A stretch of DNA of 64,000 nucleotides, from NCBI GenBank assembly GCA_951406725.2, contig OX597818.1, positions 1,054,001 to 1,118,000 of the forward strand. Reading direction: 5' to 3'. A program made the translations under genes and the position numbers. Under the pieces are notes generated by a model. That model saw only the letters and a list, made by a program, of their open reading frames with translations. It was not told the origin of the DNA and searched no databases. Below are positions 1 through 13,997 of the stretch, piece by piece. This stretch comes from Octopus vulgaris. Lineage: Eukaryota. Position 1 is the first letter of the stretch; each line of letters opens with the position of its first letter.

Positions 1-2568
1 ATAAGATCTACTTCTAGTGACCTTTCATATATTAATCGTTGACATCGCATATCAAAGTAATGATTTGAATCTAAATTTCTTGAACAGATTTCATGCAACT
101 CATAACAAAGGCCCTATCAAATGTGAATTTGTGGGAGCACCAACGAAGTTTGGTTTAGTCTTTATGAAGAAAAGATGATCGTCGATATTTTCTTTCAGAA
201 TCATAATTCATTGATTGATTTCGATGAAATCACCAAAATCCACTACCAAACTTTAATTTGGCATTTATCTTAAGGGTGCCCTATCCCCCTCACAGCAACT
301 ATCAAATAAATTGATTTCATTTTCCCTCAGAAATATGATCTTACCAGGTTATACAAATGGAATTATTTACAACTTATTATCAGTTGTAATTGTCCCTGAT
401 GAAGCTCAGGTGCAAGAAAGTCTGACACAAATTTTCTCGATAATCTGATTTGTTTATATTCTTGTGTTCATTTGATTACTAGATTAAAAGGCATTTTAAT
501 CTAGTAAAATGCCTTTACTAGATTAAAACGATTTTTTTTTACTAATCAGTATATTTATATTAAATACATTTGAAAGTTGGTTTTAGTATACGATCTCACT
601 GTTTTAGATCACCACTATAATATTTAACTTGGTTACAATGTAACCTATTTGGAGAGCATCAGGAGTTTTGATGGCTATTGTTTTATTTGGGGTATTATTT
701 CTATATTTGTTTTATTTGAATTTTAGCAAAGTTGTATTCTTTATTAAATTTTCTTTTGTATTTATTCTAGTTCATTCATTCCTATGTCATATCAAATATG
801 ATCTCTCTTTAACTTGCACAATATTATTGTTGTTTTGAGATGTTCCATCTTCATGTTGACCTTTAAACATATATGTAAATCGCTTTGTATGTCAATAAAG
901 TTTTGTTACAATGTCATATTTGAAGTGAAATGTTCAGTTGTTTGTAATATTTGGCAACGATTCGAGTTTCATTATGTTTTGATGATTGACTGAATGTTAT
1001 AATCGGTGTCTCCTTAACACATTTGTTTCTGAAAGTGATTGATTTTATTTTAACAGTCCCCTATTTTGTTAAAATATCTCGTTTCAGACTTATTCAGAGT
1101 ACATGTTAATGATATAAACCATTTCTCATGTTTGATAAATATTTTAATCTTGAAGAAACGGAAAATGCATTTTGATAATTCGTCTTAAATTGATTTCTTC
1201 TTCAGATAAAGAAGTAAAAATGTAATTTCCTTCGATATTTCAGCTGAGGTAAAATAAAGAAAAATAAATCTTGAAAGATATTTGACAATAAACTGAGGGA
1301 GAAAGTTGTCATAATTAGTTAGAGCAATATATAGAGGCTATCCAAACGATAATATGCTTTAATCCTTAATTCATTTTACTTGATAATATTATTCATCCTC
1401 AGAATAGTCATACGGAGGCTGTATATGATGGTTTTTGACACTAGTACAATCCCACGACTTAAAAAAATATTATTGATTATATATAGTTTTTGTGATGTAA
1501 GGAAATGGAAAGTTTTTAGCCATAAATATGCTCAGTCAGGTTTGACGTAGGTCTAAATCAGCAACGGCAACATTGTTCCAATCTGTTTGTTTTATTCTTT
1601 GATATGTAGAGAATATTTGTTTTGGTCACCATAATGGTACGCCTATTAAAACACGAAGCGACGTATATTGTCAGGGACGAGTGCATTCTATGAAAAAATT
1701 TGAGCCAAAAGTTTTCAACTCCATCTATACATGAACGCTATTTACCAGTTTGATGTTTTTATTTAATTTACTCAATATGGTTTTCTTTCTTTAAATATAG
1801 GTATTCTTGCTGTGTTGTGTTTTGAAATTCTACCCACAACTGTTGAATCCAGATTGTAGCACTTGTAGGTGTCCACATTCATTTCTCATATTTGGAATCT
1901 CAACGCTTTGATATTTCTTTTTACAATCCATTTATTTATTTATATTATTTATTTATTTATTTATATAACACAATTTGTGTATACTAGCGTCCTGGTTTCA
2001 GGTATCAGAAAGTCCACTCGCTGGTTCGTTACACACACAGATATACATACACACACACATAAATAAATATACTCATGCATACACACATTTAGATATAATT
2101 TTCCCCTTATTTATAAATTTAACCTTTAAAGGTATTTTTTGATATGCTGGCCATTGATAAAATTTTTTTTCGAAAAAAAATTATATCCTACATTAGTTGT
2201 AAATTTAAGTGTTCACTTCCGGATTCTCTCACTCTGTGAAAGTTTCTAGTTCGAATCACACGTGTCTCGAGATGTGCCGAAGCTTTTCTATTTTGAATAT
2301 ATTTGGGGTACTTAGGTCTGCTCAGGACTTAGTGCTTGCTTTTTCCATGTGTATGAGTAAGTATTTCATTTATGTTTTACGTATTTATCGCAGAAGAGGG
2401 GAAAATTCTTATGAATTAACCCCGAAATTGGGACCAATACGGTAATAACGGATTTTTTAGAAATTTCTATCGGCTTGTTTCGAGACGCATAAATTATAAT
2501 GGTTATTGACAATTTTGTTTTCTTTCGGCATATTTGGCATTAGAATTTTTCTTTTGCCCTTATTTTAT

Positions 2569-2612
<44 letters not shown>

Positions 2613-2615
<3 letters not shown>

Positions 2616-2986
2616 TACCGTCAGAAATTAATTAGCACCCTTGATTTGCTCTTCACTCAAGGTATGTGCTGTCACCTAGTGGCCATATCTCGAACTATTG
2701 CTTTGTTGCGAGTTCACTGTTGCGCAGAACGATGACGTAACTTTGTTTGCAGAGCAGTTTGAGAGTCTACAGCCTTATGATGTTGACATAGCAGTGCAAC
2801 AACTTGGAGTGCGGATGCAGACAAATCTTCCTTTGTTTAATAGATATAGGTAGCGCCTCGCAAGGACCGAAATCACACCATACTAAGTTTTCTTATCGCG
2901 TAAGACGTTTTGAACAGCTCATAGGTTAATTGATTTAACCTATTTAATGTAGAAATTCGAGAAGTGCTAATTAATTTCTGACGCAA

Positions 2987-2989
<3 letters not shown>
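2613..2989. mobile_element. Tc1/mariner-type MITE (~377 bp)
   Basis: Terminal inverted repeats cactaccgtcagaaattaattagcac / gtgctaattaatttctgacgcaagtg; embedded in (TA)n on both sides; no ORF. Confidence 0.8.
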
Positions 2990-3021
<32 letters not shown>

Positions 3022-3718
3022 CTTGCTTGGTGAGGAGGGTGTTTATTGGACACCCTGCGGGATGAAAAACAAAACCCGTCAAAGGGCGGAGGAACTTTTG
3101 AGAGTCAACGGCTATCCAATAAATGTCTTAAGGCTGTATCATGCGCGGGGACATAGAAATAATCGGACTGAATACCCGGTCGCGCGGTTAAACCATTGGG
3201 AGTGAAGGACTCCTAGCTTTGTTAAGGCATCCTTCTAGGAGAAGGTAACTCAGGTAACATGAAACCTGCGGCTCAGTGGTTACCGATGATGTTGACTTGT
3301 TCTTCTTTTCGGATTATGGCTACTGCTGCTTAGTGAGTGGGATTGACTCAGTACACAGCCTTTCCTCACTTTAAAAAAATCTTCTTGCAGAGGCATTGCA
3401 CGATAAAAACATTGATTAAGCTTCGTGCAATGGTCATACTCGATAACGAGAGGGCAGCCACCATATAAAATCAAAACAAAAGACAAAATTACATACACAA
3501 GCGCAACAAAAGTCCAAGAGACGTTCACAGTTATTATTATTAGATTGACACTCGAAGAAGGATAAAGCTATGAAATGAAAGTTATAGAGTAAAAGTATAA
3601 CGTTTCGGATATGTCCAGGGAAGAGGAGAAAGACAGGAGGAAAGAAGATAAGAAAAGAGGAGAGAGCCAGGAGAAACGCACGTGGGTAGCTCAGATGTCC
3701 AATCTCTAATAAACTGAA

Positions 3719-4292
3719 AGGCGGCGAACTGGCGGAAACGTTAGCGCGCCGGGCGTAATGCTTAGCGGTATTTCATCTGCTGCTACGTTGTGAGTTCAAA
3801 TTCTGCCGAGGTCTTTGCCTTTCATTCTTTCGGGGTCGATAAATTAAGGACCAGTTACGTACTGGGGTCTATATAATCGACTTAATCCGTCTGTCTGTCC
3901 TTGTTTGTCTCCTCTGTGTTTAGCCCCTTGTGGATAGTAAAGAAATAGGTATTTCGCCTGCCGCTACGTTCTGAATTCAAATTCTGCCGAGGTCGACTTT
4001 ACCTTTCATCCATTCGGGGTCGATTAAATAATTACCAGTTACGCACTGGAGTCGATATAATCGACTTAATCCGTTTATCTGTCTTTGTTCGTTCCCTCTA
4101 TGTTTAGCCCCTTGTGGGCAATAAAGAAATAAGAAACGTTAGCACGCCGGGCGAAATGCTTATGTATGTCGACTTCGTCTTTCATCTTTTCGGGATCGAT
4201 AAATTAAGTACCATTTGCGTAATGAGGTCGATCTAATCGACTGGCTCCCTCCCACCAAGATTTCGGGCCTTGTGCCTAGAGAAGAAAAGAAT
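3719..4292 (+). mobile_element. tRNA-derived SINE family A, internally multimerised copy
   Basis: Head ggcggcgaactggcggaaacgttagc, B-box-like gagttcaaattc, and core gtcgactttgcctttcatcctttcggggtcgataaattaagtaccag repeated about 3 times; the same family recurs across the window. Confidence 0.85.
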
Positions 4293-5559
4293 CTCTAATA
4301 AACTGAAAGTGTGAGAGGTAATTGTAGTTTGTGCGTATATGCGAGGGTAAATGTGTGTGCGAGGGATAATGTGTATGTGTATATATATTTGTGTGTGTAC
4401 GCATGTTTGTGTTTGTCTGTGGATGTGGGTGTCTGTGTATGCGCATGTATATCTATGTATGTGTATCTATGTATGCATATCTGTATGTTATGTGTGTGTC
4501 CGTGTCCGTGTATGTGAGTATGTATAGGGATTGCTGGCAGTACCAGGTTGTGGATATCAGTAGGGTGCGTGCGCGTGTTTGTGTGCGAGCGAGTGAGTGT
4601 ATGTCTGTTTGCATGCACATGTATATCTGAGTGTGTGTGACTTAGTGTCTGGTGTAGATTAGACGTGTATGTATATATGTGTAGGTAGGACAGGTAGGTA
4701 GCAGTGGTCGCTCGTTAGCAGAGGTCTGACTACAATTAAAAGGGGCCGAATCAAGAGTCTGAATGATATGTGTGTGTATGTGAATGTGTGTGTGAGTGCG
4801 TGAGTGAGCTCGTGAGTGAGTCTGTGTTTGTGTGCATCCGTATGTGCACACGCGCGTGCAAACTTATAAATAGACACATGCAAATAAATTGCGGGGTGGC
4901 AGCGCTAAGCAGTGATGTGTATACAAAGTTCAAATATGCTTGCGATTTATTCGAACCCGTAAGAACGTCGTTCAATGTGTTTTGTCACGGAGAAAATTTC
5001 TCGCTGTAGACAAATGGTGTAAATACACCAAAATCAGCCTGCTGCGCCATTTACCCAGACTGTGGGATGCAAGTATTTCAGAGTGGTCATCTCCTCTACA
5101 GGCACAGAAACTGGACAGGGTGTACCGATAAAAGAGATTGTCTCTCTTATGATATTCTGGTCATCGTACAATGACGGGTGGAGCTAATCGGCGACTCACC
5201 GCAAACGAATTACGGGTTGGTAGAGATGTTTGTAGATACAATGAGCTTTCGCAATTTTCGTTTACTAAATTTTAGTCATAAGGTCTTACTCAGCCCATAG
5301 TTATTGTAGAAGGTTCTTGTCCAATACCGCGGTGTGAGATCGTACACGTAGCAACATGGCTGCAAAGTGAGCTTCTTAACTCCATAGCCAAGATTGCACC
5401 TATACTATGTCTAATGACAGAACAATATAACGTCATTCATAAAGCTTCTGTTTTATTTACACCCCTTTACCCATTGTAAAATATATATTTCCTCCCTCCT
5501 CAATTACTTCCGTTAAACTCTTCTGTCATGCTATATGTTTACACAAATTTTTCAGCAAC

Positions 5560-7060
5560 CTTTGGTTTTTGATATTCTTTAAAGCTGACTCAGATTTAGT
5601 TATTTTTAAAATTATTTTTGCCATTTCCTTTCTCATAATATTCATTGTGACCATAATATTCTCTGGATCATAATTCAACATCTAAATATATATGTGACAA
5701 GTCAAATCTGCAATATAGCAAGTCATTTGAGTCAGTGGTGTTGTTTACTCCTATCTTTTTTCAGGATATAATTAAATATTCTTACTGCAAGAGTATTCTG
5801 ACTACTTTGTCCGGTGACACTTTCTTATCCTTTCAAGATTCCAAATCTATTTATATTCTTCCTCCGATGACTCAAACATCAAGTTTTAATCTGTAAGCAT
5901 AGAACCAGTGTTCTTTATCTTCTCTTTTTTCTTTGTCATTTTTCAACCTTGGCATTGAAGCATTTCGAATATTCTCCGAATTATTATCTTTTACTAGTGT
6001 ACAGTGCGCTTTCATTGCAATATCGAACCAAGCTCTGTGCACCTTAGGCATGCGTATGCTTTTGTATTATTTCCAATTTTTCATTGTATCGACAGTTCTT
6101 TACACAATGTAACAGCGGCTATTTCCTGTATGATAAGTAAATTTATAAGTGTTGAAGTTTTGATTATAAATTTGTTAGCATGTTTTTAATCATTCCTGAA
6201 GCACCTATTATTATAGAGACTGTTTTGGTTATCTGGATTTCCAGATCTCTGTATATCAATAACGGCTATATTTCTTCTATATTACAATATAAAGGGTACT
6301 GACACATCTTTTTTTGGTAGTCTGTGTGGAATAGTATAACCAAGGGTGTGGTCTTTCTATGAGTATATTTCTGCTAATATTATTACCAACTTTTTCTGTT
6401 AGCATTTTTATAATACTCAATTAATTTTCAGCGTATGAAGGTCCCAACAGTGTCATACCGATATTCTTTTTTGTGTGGTTAAAAATTGTGGTTTAATTGT
6501 TGTTCCACAAATTCTTGTGTTGCGAATTTATTCCCTTGCTCTTAACGTGTTTCATGCATTTATGCTGCTAATGTTTCCCGGATCCACGTGTTAAAAGCCT
6601 TCTGGTAGTCATGCCAGACCCAGAACCTTCTCTCTACCACAACCGTTGGATATGGCATTAGAATCAGTAAGGGATCTTAACAATTAAATAGGCCAATTGT
6701 TTGTTTATTCTCTGTTATAGTAGTTAAGGTTTTGTAGGCTGCAGTAAAGTATTCTGTGGATCGTTATTCTGTTCATGTTAGTCATGAAGATGGTTTGTTT
6801 CCCTCAGTGAGTTAGTTGGATTTTGTTATAGTCTTATTAGATACATTTACTAGCACTTTGTGCTTCAGTTAAATAATTTAACCAGAAGTTTAGAATATTA
6901 TCATATCCTAGTGTCTTCCAGTGACTCGTATTTTTTTCTTTTTGCAGCTCTGTATTAATTCTTGTGTTGTTATGGTCTACAATTGTTCTGATGCTGTGCT
7001 CATTGTTACTTACATAACCACACAATAGTTGATCAAACATAGTACTACACCATTCAGCGT
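5560..7060 (-). pseudogene. Highly decayed R4/Dong-like LINE RT fragment
   Basis: ORF 6837..7040 contains HWKTLGYDNILNFWL, matching WKSPGKDKIPNFWL of the copy at 33 kb; boundaries approximate. Confidence 0.55.
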
Positions 7061-8289
7061 TTGATTCCTTTCCAAAGGCGACAGGGAGTAATCTAAGGAG
7101 ACTTGATTGCCATTTCTAGCAGGTCTAGTAATATTATATATGTATTATAAACAATTTAGTTGATAGATAAGATATTTCGGGATAATTTTTCGTTGCACGT
7201 TTCCTTTTTAACATCCAAATATTTTGAGGTTAATATCTTTTGGGACATTCGTACAGAATTTGAAATTTACTAAGGTCTACAATATGATTTCATGAGATGT
7301 AAAATATTAAATAAAGCTCTAAAAGAGAGAATAGATAAAATTTATTCAAAAAAGAATGTAAATAAGTAACAAAAAATATTTGTTTTGACAAGAAAAGTAT
7401 GAAGTATAGAATATTTGGAAATGAATGATTACAGTCAGGACAAAAAAAAGAATATGAAGATAATTTCATAAACGTTGAAAGGGCAATGGGTTAAATCTGA
7501 GATTTGAAAGAATATTAGTTGGAGGTAATGAAGTACAATTTAGTAGAAAATGGGACAAACTTGTTTTATAACTGATCCATCCACGAGCTGAAAACGTATG
7601 AGAAAGTGCAATTTATTAAAGGCTACTGAATTTAGTGTGAAGGAAGGAAGAGAAATAAAGAAAAAATTGGAAAGACAGCTAAGTAATAGCAGCAAATCTG
7701 AATGTTCCAACAACATATTTGTATAATCGTCAAAAGCAGTGAAAATATTGTTAAGTCCTCATGAAAATGTCGGTCGTTTTAGTTTTATTGCTTTTGTGGT
7801 AGATTTAGGTTTTCTCGCTTTAGAGATATCTTTTAAACAACACAAAAATATCATCTACTCATTTACGAGAATGTGTCCTAGTATTCATAAAATTTAATAT
7901 ATAAACCGATCTCATTTAATCACTTCAGGAGGCAAACACGTTTTTGTTATTGCTCTGATCAAGCAAACCTATAAATGTATCCCAACTTAAAAATCATGTC
8001 TTTTATATATCTAGGACTACATAATACAAGGAATCTTTCCTTTTTTAAGATGTTAGGCTACGATTGGGAGGAGATTTAGCTGCTATTTATGAGACAGAAA
8101 TTGTTTTGTTGGATTGTAAATCACTTCGTAGTGATATGAAGATGGTAGAAGGTACCTTAAAGATTCCTTGTTATCAACCTTAGAAACTCGTTTCAAAATA
8201 TATTCCATACATTTAAATTACTTCTGTAAGCCTGACAACACTTCAGTCTGTAGCAGATTTGATACACTATCATTATTATTGGTTCCTTT

Positions 8290-8500
8290 AAGGCGGCTAG
8301 TAGGTAGAACCGTAAGTACGCCGGACAAAATGCTTAGCAGTATTTCGTCTGACTTTACGTTCTGAGTTCGAATTTCGCCGAGGTCGAATTTGCCTTTCAT
8401 CCTTCCGGGGTCGAGAGATTAAGTAGCAGGCAAAGCACTGGGGTCGATGTAATCGACTAGCCCTCTCCCACAAAATTTCTGGTCTTGTGCCTATATTGGT
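8290..8500 (+). mobile_element. SINE family A copy
   Basis: gagttcgaatttcgccgaggtcgaatttgcctttcatccttccggggtcga matches the family core. Confidence 0.8.
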
Positions 8501-8923
8501 TCCTTTCAGTTTTGTTATATATTTTTGAGACATATTTCTGCGGTCTCTTTCAGTCTGGCACAATTTTTCCAGGAAGAAACGCTATGCCTTCGCTCTGACG
8601 TATTGTCAATGGATACAAAAGTACATATTATATTGCGGTGCTTTCATGGCTATGTGGTAAACAAGTTCGCATTGCAGTCACGTAATTTTGGTTTCAGTTT
8701 CCTGTGCTGTAACTTGGGCTAGTGTCTTCTGCTGTAGCCCTTATCCGACGAATGCCTTCGTCTATCGCATATTTGTATGTATGTATGTATGTATGCATGT
8801 ATGTATGCATGTATGTATGTACGTATGTGTGTATTTGTCTGTTTGTGTATGTGCGTGCGTGTGTGTATGTGCGTGTGTGTGTGTGTGCGTTCACGCGTGT
8901 GTGTATGTATATTTATACGTTTA

Positions 8924-10170
8924 CAGGGTGTCCCTGAAAGATTTACCCGTGTTTAAATCTCTTTCTAAAGAGGATAGGTTCAGGTAATATTAACTATATT
9001 TTCCATAAAGATTTGCATACGTCTTTTGTTCATGCGTCTATTGTTTCGTTCGTCTATAACAAGTTTGTAAGGAAACATGGCGTCGAAAGCAAAACATGAC
9101 CAGGTTGTCGCTTTGAAAACAACTGGATTGAGCAAGTGCATAACAAAATAGCTGAATCTGTATCGTAAAACAGTGTTCAATAATTGGAAACTATATATGG
9201 AATCCGCTACTACCCCTAGCAAGCCAATTCCTTGTAGGAAAGGATCAATTCGTACGAAACTAAGTGTTGAAACTGTGAAGAAGCGAATGAACCGAAATCC
9301 CCACAGGAGTGCTGAAAAACTGCAAAAGCTCTTGTTATTTCAAAATCATAATGTACAAGATTTTTAAAGAGGATTTAAAGCTAAATGCAAACAAAAAATA
9401 ATACCTGTAGTTAAACTGCAGCAGCTTTCAACAAGAAACGACTCGACAGGGGTAAAAGAATGTTAGCTGAGATGAAGCGCGCCGCTAACAAAGTGTTGAT
9501 CTGGTTTGACGAGAAGATCTTCACCAACCGGCAGAATGACAGGCTTTATGCACGTAATGCAGGACACTTGCCCGGAGGTAGGAGTAATTTACACCGTCAG
9601 AAGCCAGCGTCACTCATGGTGTGGGCAGCAGTTACATCTGATGGGTCCAAGTCTCCCTTGATCTTCATCGATGCTGGCGTCAAGGTCAACAACGAAATTT
9701 ATGTAAAAATGTTGGATGTCAAAGTGTTACCTTGGATCGCAGAAACCTTTGACTGTTGCATCTTCACTCAAGATGACGCGGAGGTAGTGCAAAGAGCATT
9801 TCAGCGGTTTTTGGAACAAGACGATATGGCCTCCCTGAAATTCATCCACCAATCCCACGAACTTTGCTATCTGGTCCAACTTAGAGAGTAATGTTTCTGC
9901 TCACTTCTATTCAAATGTGTCAGATCTGAAGAAAGCCCTTCTGCCTTTATAGGTCAAGTTGGATGAAGAGGTAGCATGGCGCTCATGCAACTCAATGATC
10001 ACTCGTTTGCAGGCTATGAACAAGGCGAAAGGTAGTAATTTTGAAATTTAATTGCTGCAATGGATTGATAATTTACATTCGAACGTGTGTGTCAGATTTT
10101 ATTACCTTACCTAAAATTTATTTTGAATAATTAAAAAATATCAATGGGTAAATCTTTCTGGGACACCCTG
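8924..10170 (+). mobile_element. maT/DD37D-like Tc1-mariner transposon with defective transposase
   Basis: TIRs cagggtgtccctgaaagatttaccc / gggtaaatctttctgggacaccctg with TA flanks; peptide WFDEKIF..NRQNDR..MVWAAV..GVKVN..FTQDDA; frameshifts and stops. Confidence 0.88.
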
Positions 10171-10276
<106 letters not shown>

Positions 10277-10384
10277 TATGTATGTGTGTGTGTGTGTATG
10301 TGTGTTTGTATGTGTGTGTGTGTGTTCCAAGTACACAGCTGAGGCTAGAGCTAGGTATCCGTAGTAAGCTTCCGAGCTAGCAGG

Positions 10385-11495
10385 TATATATTAAAGGAAA
10401 ATGGATATCAAAACCAAGGTAAGACGAGTATCTCAGGTCATTCAGAGTATTTAATAATAGCAAGGGGAATCAAAAAAGGAGAAGTAGAAGTAATTAATGT
10501 CTTACAGCTGTTTCTGGGATATCCCATGTGATGGGTAAGCATCTCCATACGCTGGGTATTTCGTCATCAGAAACAAGGTATGTGTGTAGGAAAGTTCCAG
10601 ACAGAGAATTCTCAGTGTATAAAAGAGTAAAACAGTAGATAGAAGAATAAAGGCAGGAGAATGAAGTTCACAGCTCATCTTCTTCGAGAGGGCATGGAGG
10701 TTAGTCCATACTTCCATGAAGGTATAGGTCCTTAAGTATAATCCCAGGTAGATCCAGGCGGTATTTTGAATGATGCGTTCAGATTGAAGTAATAGATTAA
10801 GCGATTAGCTTGTAGGAAAATGGCCCACATGGGTGTATAGTGTAAGAGACAGACATCATGATAGACAGATAAGAGAGAAAGCGGGTGTGAGTGAGTGAAT
10901 AGAAGAGAGAAAAGAAAGAAAAGAAAGAGGGTAGATACTGGAAATAAAGAGAGCGAAAGTAAAAATAAAAATAAAAATAAAAAATAAAAATAAGATAAAG
11001 ATAACAGGTATTATTCTTCATCAGGGTAGGTTCAAGGTGAGGGGTTGAGGTTTTGGTAAAGTGGAGGAGGAAGGCATTTATGGCTATTAAAGGGTAATTA
11101 AATAGATGGATTTTAGGTTCAGTGTGGTCAGAAAGAATGTTTAACTTTAGTTCAGTGGTCATAAGGAGAGCTAAAATGCTAGAAATAGATGCCTAACTTA
11201 AGGGAATATATTTAAAATTAAAAGTTAAAAACTGAAATTAAAAAGTAACAATTAAAAAGATGATTGCAGCTAGCGAACTTCTAAGATACTTATGTTGACA
11301 GATTGATAGATGAAGGAATACCCAGTGTTTGGAGATGCTGACCCATCACCTGGGATATCCCAGAAACAACTGTAAGACATTGATTAAATTTACTTCTCCT
11401 TTTTTGATTCACCTTACTCTTATTAAATACTCTGAATGACCTGAGATACTCCGCCCTACCTTAGTGTTGTTGTCCATTTCCCTTATATACTTATA
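10385..11495 (-). mobile_element. PLE-like 3' remnant with inverted pseudo-LTR pair
   Basis: ~10385-10570 is the reverse complement of ~11308-11495; carries a hammerhead motif; weak GIY-YIG C-terminus-like remnant at ~10700-10780. Confidence 0.6.
10498..10575 (-). ncRNA. Type I hammerhead ribozyme motif with long stem II
   Basis: Minus strand: tgttt-CTGATGA-(long stem II with ccca/tggg)-GAAAC-AGCT-GTA-agaca; stem I tgttt/agaca; palindromic stem III ACAGCTGT; base of stem II imperfect. Confidence 0.65.
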
Positions 11496-12058
11496 TATAA
11501 CAATCAAAAATCAAATATATATGGTGAGTATGTGTATGTGCGTGCATTTGTGTGTACGTGTGCGTGTGTATGTGTGTGATTATGTATGCATTTATGATTT
11601 ATGTGTGTGCGTTTGTGTCTCATCGCTTGAAAATACCGGTGTTACTTTATTTATGTTCTCACCACTTAGTATCTCGGTAAAAAGTGACCAACAATGTATG
11701 TATTAGATTTAAAATAAGTTCTTGGTCGCTTTGATCGACTAAATTTTCAAGGCGAAGTCTCAGCATGGCTGAAACAAGTAAAAGAGTAAAAGAATATTGC
11801 CTTTTACATTATAAATTCCATTGACGTTAGGATAATACGTCAAATTTAGTTATGATTTTTAAAGGTTTACTCAGGAGGAAAGGGCTCCAACCCTCCTTCA
11901 TAACTAAAACATCAAAGGAATATTCTTTGTCAATTATTATAAAAACACGACAGAGCTGTAATAAAACTTAGTTTTATGAACTTATCTGATACACATCCAG
12001 ATTTTATTCGCTATTGAATGTATCCACATACTTACACCATTGAATACATTCACATATG

Positions 12059-12771
12059 TAGTAGCGTAGCTGGTAGGTGGGGGCAGTCCGTCCCGGACGC
12101 GAAATTTCTTTCTCACGAGAGTTCCGGACCCCAGTAATGAATCCATTTGCAAACAGCCAATCAGAGCTCACCTTGATCTTGTTGTCAAGTTAACAAACAC
12201 ACTCTACCAAGTAAACTCAAGGCGAAGAACGGTCTTGTAAGTTGACCGATCGCTAAGTTATGTCTGATTTTAGGAGACAAGTAATTAGATAGATTTGCAT
12301 CTATACCTATTATTGGATTTTGTTAGGGCCCTATATGATACACATGTTGATGGGAAAATGTGAGTAGAGCGTGATGTGCAAGCAGCCCTCTCTCCTTACT
12401 GTTTTAAAAAGTAAACAACACAAATAACTACGCAGGGGCAGCCATGGTTGAAACAAGAACAAGAACAAGCATTCTTAAGAAAGAAAAGAAGCATGGTCAT
12501 TCCTTACCCAAGGGACCTTATCTTATCGCCCATCACTTGCTATGCGCTCATAAATTAGTTTGATAGTTGATCACTGCTTGGCTGCATGTAAATGAGTTCA
12601 TATCTGAGATCCGGAACTCTCGAGGGAAAAAAATTTCGCATCCCGGATGACATTTTTTATGGTCGGCATTTTTGGGTCTACTGTATAAGCTTGTATAGGC
12701 GTGGGGTCCCAGTTGATGTACAAATACAGCAAAGGCTGCACCGGGCGGCACAAACCCTAGCTACGTCACTG
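12059..12771. mobile_element. Possible hAT-like non-autonomous DNA element
   Basis: Imperfect TIRs tagtagcgtagct / agctacgtcactg (CAGTGGCGTAGC type); no 8-bp TSD visible. Confidence 0.4.
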
Positions 12772-12873
12772 TATTTGAATATATCCACATATTTATAAAA
12801 CATGCGAGTCTGTCAATTTGTGCTTTTGTGCGCGCACGTGTGTGTGTATAAATATATGTATATGTGTATACAC

Positions 12874-12950
<77 letters not shown>

Positions 12951-12953
<3 letters not shown>

Positions 12954-13508
12954 TGCCCTGATGCAGTACCAGGCAGTGGCTCTCATGGCTTCTGATCTTA
13001 ACTGATTGGAAGTGTTATCATGTACATTGTTTTGTCTTAGTATAAAAGATGGGCTACAGCAAATATTCTGCTCAATACCACAGATTTGCTTGTCAGTTGT
13101 TTGACCTTAACCAGTTGAGCATGTCCCTTAGTGGCTGACGATATGTGCATCTCTGATCACGAGCAGAAGTAGTGAGGGAGCATCATAGCCATGTGTTGAG
13201 AGGGATTCTTTGGGGTTTGAATAATTCACCTCTGGAAACATGGGTGGTTCTTTCAACATCCTTAAACAACCCTTATTCAGGGACCTTTTGAGCGGGATGG
13301 GCTACTCAACCCGAAGAAAATTCTAACTGGGCCCCACCTGCAAGGTCATGTGCTGTTTATCTTGATATGAGATCACCATGTCGCGCACATATGGTTCTGA
13401 TGCATGTGTCTAGTGTACCCTTATCAGACGGGTAGTCATGATGGGTATATTGGGCTTCGTATATTTTACCCCAGTGTCACTTTGATGGCATGCACTGCTC
13501 TCTCACTC
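12951..13508 (+). mobile_element. ~560-bp non-coding interspersed element inserted in (AAT)n
   Basis: Second copy at 34721-35268 (minus) has the same 5' end (aatgccctgatgcagtacc) and 3' end (ctctctcactc-aataat). Confidence 0.85.
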
Positions 13509-13616
<108 letters not shown>

Positions 13617-13653
13617 GTAACTCCTCCACTAGCGAAAAAAAAGCGAAAAAAAA

Positions 13654-13896
13654 TGAAGAGTGCCATTGTTATCAAGTGAACGATATATCGGCATCAGGTG
13701 TGCCTTCCACAGGCTCAAAAAATAAACTTGTCAATCTACTTGCGTAATATTTTATAGGATTGAGATAACTCCTCCAGGTATACAGAAGCAAAAAAAAGAT
13801 AAGAAAATGAAGTAGATTGACAAGTTTATTTTTTGAACCCGTGAAAGGCACACCAGATGCCAAAATATCGTTCACTTGATAAGAATAGCACTCTTC
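13654..13896. repeat. Foldback with ~90-bp inverted arms
   Basis: gaagagtgccattgttatcaagtgaacgat...cttgtcaatctactt versus aagtagattgacaag...cacttgataagaatagcactcttc. Confidence 0.8.
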
Positions 13897-13952
13897 TTTA
13901 TTTTTTGCTTCTTTAATAATAATAATAATAATAAAAAATAATAATAATAATT

Positions 13953-13983
<31 letters not shown>

Positions 13984-13997
13984 TAATAATAATAATA

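Noticed and set aside
390-430. ctgatgaag..gaaag hammerhead-like motif, and a possible old PLE in 1-1900
   Set aside because: Stems are not supportable and protein motifs are too decayed to call
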